From assembly GCA_963632045.1 (NCBI GenBank), contig CAVGTH010000001.1, forward strand, positions 1 to 56,096: a DNA stretch of 56,096 nt, written 5' to 3'. The DNA comes from Roseburia faecis (GTDB lineage: Bacteria; Bacillota; Clostridia; Monoglobales; Monoglobaceae). Shown here one piece after another: positions 50,385 through 56,096 of this stretch (its first letter is position 1; every line of letters starts with the position of its first letter). Made by a program: the position numbers and the translations under genes. Below the pieces are notes generated by a model. The model was given only the letters and a program-made list of their open reading frames with translations. It did not search any database and was not told the DNA's origin.

Positions 50385-50389
50385 GTTAT

Positions 50390-50465
50390 TGTTGAGTCGC
50401 CAAGCGGTAAGGCAACGGTCTTTGACGCCGTTATTACGTAGGTCCGAATCCTACCTCAACAGCCA
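50390..50465 (+). tRNA. tRNA-Gln(TTG)
   Basis: cloverleaf; ACGGT-CTTTGAC-GCCGT; T loop TCCGAAT variant; GCCA end. Confidence 0.88.
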
Positions 50466-50571
50466 GCGCGCACAGCGCGCCCTCTCTCCGGAACAGGTGC
50501 CCAGTATAAGGGGTTAAATGCGGTATGGTCCACAGCCTGTTTCACAACTACAAAATCACATGAGGTGTAAA

Positions 50572-50745
50572 ATGTCTATTTTGAACTCCCCGTGCAAAGA
50601 TTGTCCGGATCGAAGTATGACATGTCATGATACATGTCCTGAATATCTGGAATATAAGAAAGTAAGAGAAAACATCAGCAAACAGAGACTGGAAAACTAC
50701 AGGACCGATCCTGATTTTAAGGTGTATAAAGGAAAGCGTCGTTGA
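50572..50745 (+). CDS. small Cys/His-rich protein
   Basis: PCKDCPDR...CH..C..Y; GAGGTG RBS. Confidence 0.6.
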   Translation: MSILNSPCKDCPDRSMTCHDTCPEYLEYKKVRENISKQRLENYRTDPDFKVYKGKRR

Positions 50746-50769
50746 GTTAAATATGAGGGGAGAGTTAAT

Positions 50770-51969
50770 ATGCACTTGTCACATTCAGGCCTGCAGCTAT
50801 TGTTAACATGCCCGGCCTCTTATTTTTTGTCCAAAAAACAAGGAATAAGTCTGAAAAAAGAAGCAAAAGCATTGCAAGTCGGTTCGGCATTCCATTGGGG
50901 CTGCGAGCATAACACCGAAGATTTGCGAGGCTACCTTGATGAGATTGACCCATTTCAGAATCTCTATAATGACTTTACAAAAGAAGTTGCTCTTGCAACG
51001 GGTATGGTTCACGGCTATCTTAAAAAGAAAGATTCAATCTACAAGCAGATTCTTAAGTCTTATGAAGGCGAAGATTTGACGCTTGTAGAAGAGTATCACG
51101 AACTTGACCTATTGTGTGATTTACCGTCACTTCGTTTTGAAAAGAATCATGAGTTTCACGGTATTATCGACCTCTTGATGTTGACCGATAAAGGTTGGAT
51201 TATTCTGGACTATAAGACATCGAGTATGCGCCCTGATTTTGATAAATATCTTGATCAGGTGCTACGTTATTGTTGGATGGTAGAACAGAAATTTCCTGAA
51301 ATGCCGATTTACAAAGTCGGTATCATCAATGTTCGGAAGACCGGAATCAAGCAACGTCAAGGTGAAAACGAAGAGAATTATGCAATGCGTATCAAGCGCG
51401 AGTATGATTTTGACGACTGTGACATGATTGAATATCACGAATTCAAACCCGACGATTTCGAAAAGTCGAAGATGGATTTATATATTAAGAACCTTTCGCG
51501 AATGGCCGACTTTGCACAGGAGATTGAGGATAAGAATTTCTGGTTTATCAATTATGGAAATGCAGTTTCCGTTTACGGCAAATCTGAATTTTGGGACCTC
51601 TTCTACAAGACGCCTAATTGTAAATATCTTTATAAGGTCTATGATCCAATGTTTAATACAGACCTCGGTGAAATGTCGAATTATCGCGACGCTACAGACC
51701 TTGACATTAACAGCCTTGAAGTAACGAACCCGTTGAACCATTACGAGACGTTTAAGGAAGCCTTTAACAAACTTCCGATGTCTCAAGTGCCTGCTCTTGT
51801 GCTTGCACAGGCGGAGGCGTGTCGCATAACTTGTTTCAAATATTGTAAAGAGCATTACACAACTGATGACGAGCTTCTCGGTCGTTATTGGAATGAATTA
51901 TTGAGGGAGTTAAATGATTCTCAAAGTAAGGTCACCTCAGGAACTGGAGAAGTTAAGGAAACGGTTTAA
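50770..51969 (+). CDS. PD-(D/E)XK exonuclease (RecB/Cas4-like)
   Basis: LSHS..CP, GSAFH, GIIDL, ILDYKTS, Q...Y. Confidence 0.85.
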   Translation: MHLSHSGLQLLLTCPASYFLSKKQGISLKKEAKALQVGSAFHWGCEHNTEDLRGYLDEIDPFQNLYNDFTKEVALATGMVHGYLKKKDSIYKQILKSYEGEDLTLVEEYHELDLLCDLPSLRFEKNHEFHGIIDLLMLTDKGWIILDYKTSSMRPDFDKYLDQVLRYCWMVEQKFPEMPIYKVGIINVRKTGIKQRQGENEENYAMRIKREYDFDDCDMIEYHEFKPDDFEKSKMDLYIKNLSRMADFAQEIEDKNFWFINYGNAVSVYGKSEFWDLFYKTPNCKYLYKVYDPMFNTDLGEMSNYRDATDLDINSLEVTNPLNHYETFKEAFNKLPMSQVPALVLAQAEACRITCFKYCKEHYTTDDELLGRYWNELLRELNDSQSKVTSGTGEVKETV

Positions 51970-52225
51970 GGTCGTCTTTACTGAAACACGATATGCGGTT
52001 ATTGACTACGAGAAAGATACATTACGAGCTTATTCGTTAGATGACGGAATTCGATTACAATTGACTAAGGACGAATCATTTGATATATCGAAATTCGCTC
52101 TTGATGCGTGGCGCACCAGATTTCATATAGTTGCTGATGTATTTACCGTTCAAAACGCTATAACAATGGCTCGTTTGAACGGCGCGTCTGGAACCGATCT
52201 TGATGAGATTGAGAGGTATTTATAA
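51914..52225 (+). CDS. hypothetical protein
   Basis: GAGGGAG RBS. Confidence 0.55.
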   Translation: MILKVRSPQELEKLRKRFKVVFTETRYAVIDYEKDTLRAYSLDDGIRLQLTKDESFDISKFALDAWRTRFHIVADVFTVQNAITMARLNGASGTDLDEIERYL

Positions 52226-52226
52226 T

Positions 52227-52439
52227 ATGATGAAAGTTGAAGCACAATGCAAATATCAATTGCCATGCGGACTTTGCGAATTGAAAAAGGAACCTTGTAG
52301 CATGATGCATAGTCAAGGAATAACTGTTACAACGGTTCCGCTTTTCGATATAAATCGCAATCCTGAAACAAATCCGTTTATGAATCCCAGTATAACTTGT
52401 GATTCATCGGCTCAAGAAAACAAGGATATTACGGTATAA
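52227..52439 (+). CDS. small Cys-rich protein
   Basis: CKYQLPCGLCELK..PC. Confidence 0.55.
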   Translation: MMKVEAQCKYQLPCGLCELKKEPCSMMHSQGITVTTVPLFDINRNPETNPFMNPSITCDSSAQENKDITV

Positions 52440-52440
52440 T
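52407..52440 (+). promoter_or_regulatory. early-type promoter TCGGCT-N22-TATAAT
   Basis: motif copy. Confidence 0.75.
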
Positions 52441-52480
52441 ATAAATGTACCGAAAGTAATTATAAAAGGAGAGAATTGGT

Positions 52481-53659
52481 ATGGCAAAAAACATTAAGAT
52501 GATACTTTACGGTGAACCGGGTGTCGGTAAGTCGACATTTGCAGCCGGTGCACCTCGCCCGTTTTTCATTACGACTGACGGTAACTACGAATATCTTGAA
52601 GACTTCTGCGGAATGAGACCCGAAGACCATCAGCAGTGTTTCAGTTGGGCTGAAATGAAAAAGGCTTTTGCAAGAGATTTCACCAACTATGACACAATTG
52701 TGGTCGACCTTCTTGAGGATAGTTATCTGTGGGCAGATAACGAATTCTGTCGCGATAACAAGCTGTTGCATATCTCTGACTTGGGATATGGCAAAGGTTA
52801 TGGAATTCTCGGCAATGAGTTCTTCATTGAATATCAGAAGTTACTCGGTCTTCCGAAGAATATCATCCTTCTGATGCACGGTGTTACGGAAGTTCTGAAA
52901 GACCGTCGCGGTGTTGAGTATTCGAAGTACGGTCCTTCGAAGTTGCTTCGCGATAAACTCATTACGCAGCTTGAAGGCCGTGTGCGTTTCTTCGTTCGAG
53001 CGTATGCAGAAGCAAGTGAAGGCCCGGACGGTCGTCTCCAGACAAAGCGTTATCTGAGCCTTGCACCCGATGGTCATACCGAATATGGTATTGCAAGAGG
53101 GCTGAGTTCTGACGCGCCTCATTCGATTCCTCTTGATTGGAATGCCTTCATGGAAACAATCAATCAGTACACTCTTCGCGCAAATCAGTCCGAACGTGTA
53201 ACTGCAACGGTTGGAGTTGACGCTCTTGCAATGACGTTGAACGCCGCTCATGAAGCAACCGAAACTCTTGCAAAGGCAATTGAAGCGGCTGCTGAACCTA
53301 CGCCCGTTGTCGCTCCTGCACCTGAAGTAACAGAGACTCCGAAGCCTCGTAGAGGTCGTAAGCCAGCTGTTAAAACAGAAGAGGCACCTGCTGAAACGAA
53401 ATCTGATATTGATGACGTTGCAGCAATTCGGGCAAAACTTGCAGCAGTTCTGAATGACCCGAATAAAGCAATGGCACCTACTCCGAAAAAGGAAGAAGAG
53501 CAGCCTTCGTTTGAACTGGACACAAAGCCTGCTGCTTCTGCTACTCCTGCTGTAGCGGAAGCACAGTCTGCAGCTGAAGCACCGAAGGCTATGACTCAGG
53601 CTGAAAAGATGGCAGCAATTCGTGCAAAGATGGCAGCCCTTAAGGCTAATAAACAATAA
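52481..53659 (+). CDS. Sak4-like (AAA_24) single-strand annealing ATPase with Ala/Pro-rich tail
   Basis: LYGEPGVGKST, YDTIVVD, GYGKGY; between exonuclease and SSB. Confidence 0.8.
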   Translation: MAKNIKMILYGEPGVGKSTFAAGAPRPFFITTDGNYEYLEDFCGMRPEDHQQCFSWAEMKKAFARDFTNYDTIVVDLLEDSYLWADNEFCRDNKLLHISDLGYGKGYGILGNEFFIEYQKLLGLPKNIILLMHGVTEVLKDRRGVEYSKYGPSKLLRDKLITQLEGRVRFFVRAYAEASEGPDGRLQTKRYLSLAPDGHTEYGIARGLSSDAPHSIPLDWNAFMETINQYTLRANQSERVTATVGVDALAMTLNAAHEATETLAKAIEAAAEPTPVVAPAPEVTETPKPRRGRKPAVKTEEAPAETKSDIDDVAAIRAKLAAVLNDPNKAMAPTPKKEEEQPSFELDTKPAASATPAVAEAQSAAEAPKAMTQAEKMAAIRAKMAALKANKQ

Positions 53660-53673
53660 AGGAGAATAAAACG

Positions 53674-54204
53674 ATGGCAGACTTTATCAAACTTGGAGAC
53701 CTGTTGACACAGGTCAATTGGGACACAGTAACCGATGAACAGACTTTCGACGACCTTCCCGAAGGCTTTTACCTTTGCGAAGTTGAAACGGCTGTTCTGA
53801 AAATGAATAAGGCCGAGACCAACCAGCAGGTGTCTATCACCCTTAAGGTCGTTGAGTCGGGTCTTGCAGAAGTTGTTGATGAAAGAGGAAATTCTGTTCT
53901 GCAGGAACTCAAGGGTACTGTTAACAGAAAGATTTTCAAACACTATCCTTTCAAGGACACGAACGGTATCAAGCGTTTCATTGTTGACATGATGAAGTTT
54001 GAGCAGCCGGATAATCCGGGTACGCCTCTTCTCGGTGTTGAATATTTCATGACTGAAGAGACTTTCCCTGATGCTCTTGAGTGTCTGCAGACTTCGAGAA
54101 TCTATGTGCAGGCTTCTTATAAAGAGTCTCAGGGCAAGAAGAACTGCTGGTATGACATCATCAGTTGGGACCGTGCTGCAAAGCTCGGTCTGCCTGTTGA
54201 CTGA
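53674..54204 (+). CDS. single-stranded DNA-binding protein (DUF669-like)
   Basis: FDDLPEG.Y.C.V motif; follows Sak4. Confidence 0.7.
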   Translation: MADFIKLGDLLTQVNWDTVTDEQTFDDLPEGFYLCEVETAVLKMNKAETNQQVSITLKVVESGLAEVVDERGNSVLQELKGTVNRKIFKHYPFKDTNGIKRFIVDMMKFEQPDNPGTPLLGVEYFMTEETFPDALECLQTSRIYVQASYKESQGKKNCWYDIISWDRAAKLGLPVD

Positions 54205-55091
54205 TGACTGCCCTTGACATTATCGAGGCAATCGGTTCAAATGAGTTTTTACGCAAAGCCGATTTTCTGCGATACTGTTTTGTGAATAAAGAAAAGGTCC
54301 CGTTCCAATACAACGGGACCGATTCTGCAAGGCCGAATACACCGTCTGATTTCGTTCCTATCGGACAGTTGGATTTGGCTCAAGCAAGTAACTTTCCGGG
54401 AGTTGGTATTTCAATACAAGCTTCCGGAATTTGTGCTATTGATATAGACTATTGTTTTCGAGTGCCGTTTGACTTATCAACAGCAGACGGAAGAGCTCAA
54501 GATATTATCAATATTTTCGGCGATACCACTTATATTGAGTTTAGTTTTTCCGGAACCGGCCTTCGAATTTTATTCAAGGCGGCACCGGTACAGGATTACG
54601 AAAAACGATACTATATTAAAAACAGTAAGACTCAATGCGAATATTATTATCCGCAAGGTTCAAACAGATACGTCACTTTAACAGCAAGAACGATTATTTA
54701 TGCTCCGATTTCTTTTATAGCCGATTCTCTTTTGAAGGTCTTTCTGGACACGTATATGATAAGACCTGTAAGAACGGCAGCCCAGACAAATCGAGCACCG
54801 ATTCAAGGCAATGTCGATAATTTATTACTTCACTTTTTGCGAACTAATAAATCGTTTCAAGACAATTGGTTTGATAAGGCACCGGGAAGCGGTTCAAATG
54901 AAAGCGAGCGAGATTTCTTCTTGTTGAAGTTTATCTTTGAAAACATCTCAAACGATAAAGATAAAGCAAAAGAGCTGTTTGAGCAGAGTCCGTTTTTTAA
55001 GTCGAAAGACCGAAAGCACAAATACAAATGGGAACGGTCGGATAATCGATATTTCAACTACCTATATAATGTCATTTCCGGAGGAGAATAA
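54204..55091 (+). CDS. NrS-1-like primase-polymerase (AEP) with helical bundle domain
   Basis: KVP, AIDID.C, YIEFS.SGTG, EYY...RYVTLT, SE.DF, LF.QS. Confidence 0.8.
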   Translation: MTALDIIEAIGSNEFLRKADFLRYCFVNKEKVPFQYNGTDSARPNTPSDFVPIGQLDLAQASNFPGVGISIQASGICAIDIDYCFRVPFDLSTADGRAQDIINIFGDTTYIEFSFSGTGLRILFKAAPVQDYEKRYYIKNSKTQCEYYYPQGSNRYVTLTARTIIYAPISFIADSLLKVFLDTYMIRPVRTAAQTNRAPIQGNVDNLLLHFLRTNKSFQDNWFDKAPGSGSNESERDFFLLKFIFENISNDKDKAKELFEQSPFFKSKDRKHKYKWERSDNRYFNYLYNVISGGE

Positions 55092-55093
55092 GG

Positions 55094-55408
55094 ATGAACA
55101 TTAAACGATTCAACGATATTGTCGCAAAGCAGCTTTCTAAAACGGCAGACCTTTTGACTCAAAAGGGCAATGAATATGCTCCTGACGTTGACCGTCTTGC
55201 AGCCTTCAAACAGGCTGCAGACCTTCAACAGTGCTCGGTTCCGGAAGCACTCGGAGGTATGTTCGCAAAGCATATTGTTTCGATTTATCAGATGCTTCCT
55301 GAAGCAGATTGTTACACGAGCGAAAAATGGGATGAGAAAATCAACGATGCTATCAACTACCTGCTCCTGTTGAAGGCGTGCATTCTGGAAGATGAGGGCG
55401 ACGAATGA
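55094..55408 (+). CDS. nucleotide-modification-associated (MazG-like helical) protein
   Basis: KGNEYA...F...KH...EKINDAINYL.LL. Confidence 0.6.
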   Translation: MNIKRFNDIVAKQLSKTADLLTQKGNEYAPDVDRLAAFKQAADLQQCSVPEALGGMFAKHIVSIYQMLPEADCYTSEKWDEKINDAINYLLLLKACILEDEGDE

Positions 55409-55420
55409 GAAAGGATTTTT

Positions 55421-56096
55421 ATGGCAAAACGAAAACCAACCACTATTGATTATCGATTACGTCATGACTATTATATTTATTGTCATACTACTCCGAGTAA
55501 TAAAAAATATGTTGGATATTCATCTGGTAAATATACCTGCACCAGATGGGGTAAAAATGGATCGCGATATTCAAAAAATCCAGCATTTTGGAAGGCAATT
55601 TGCAAGTATGGTTGGGATAATATAAAACATGAAGTTTTGGAATGCGGTCTTTCTTTTGAAGAAGCAAATAATCGTGAGATTTACTATATATCATTATATA
55701 AATCAAATGATAAACGATTTGGTTATAATTTAACTGCAGGAGGTAGTAATCCAAATTGTACTCCTGAAACACGAGCTAAAATTTCAAAAGCAAAAACTGG
55801 TGTTCGATATTTCAAAAAAGGGCATATAATTTATCAATATGATTTATCGGGTAATTTGATTGGAACTTATAGAAGTTATCATGAAGCATCAGATATGACA
55901 GGATTTCCATTATATCATATTGCATCTTGTTGTAATAAAAACAGTGTATCCAGAGGTATTTTTGCATTTTCAAAAACACCGTTGACTATAGATGAAATAC
56001 ATCAAAGATACATAAAAGCTAACAACTATACCACAATCTATGTATATGATATTATAGAAGATTGTATTTTACCAAGATTTGATAATAGTACAATTT
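55421..56096 (+). CDS. GIY-YIG homing endonuclease with NUMOD motifs, partial (not in ORF track)
   Basis: YIY.HTTPSNKKYVG, RW, AI.KYGWDN, E..YI, GYN.TAGG, ETRAKIS, YQYDLSG; AT-rich. Confidence 0.85.
   Translation, partial: MAKRKPTTIDYRLRHDYYIYCHTTPSNKKYVGYSSGKYTCTRWGKNGSRYSKNPAFWKAICKYGWDNIKHEVLECGLSFEEANNREIYYISLYKSNDKRFGYNLTAGGSNPNCTPETRAKISKAKTGVRYFKKGHIIYQYDLSGNLIGTYRSYHEASDMTGFPLYHIASCCNKNSVSRGIFAFSKTPLTIDEIHQRYIKANNYTTIYVYDIIEDCILPRFDNSTI

Noticed and set aside
50770..51969. Cas4 as part of a CRISPR system
   Set aside because: No other cas genes or array; context with Sak4 and SSB indicates a recombination module

Overview
About 56 kb of a tailed dsDNA phage genome with a contractile tail, probably infecting a Firmicutes-type host (inferred from the extended -10 promoters and AGGAG RBSs). 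Positions 1-25.2 kb are a minus-strand virion module: DUF1073-type portal interrupted by an ORF-less group I intron, frameshifting tail assembly chaperone, short tape measure, baseplate, DUF2213 protease, scaffold, DUF2184-type major capsid, sheath, tube and a partial tail fibre. Positions 25.6-56 kb are mostly plus-strand early/replication genes: MoxR-VWA pair, VRR-NUC nuclease, four Lar-like Zn-ribbon paralogues, SNF2 helicase, adenine methylase, class-3 lipase, D5-like helicase, TerS-like protein, PD-(D/E)XK nuclease, Sak4, SSB, NrS-1-like primase-polymerase and a partial GIY-YIG endonuclease. A small RNA cluster at 48.9-50.5 kb holds tRNA-Phe, tRNA-Gln, degenerate tRNA-like elements and a ~470-nt long-range-paired RNA. 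Highlights are putative capsid-cargo polyproteins punctuated by a hydrophobic-x-Asp-[Ser/Ala] motif, the large ROOL-like ncRNA, and two non-canonical promoter classes. No large terminase, integrase, lysin or family A/B DNA polymerase was recognised in this window. All family assignments are from motif recognition, not database searches.
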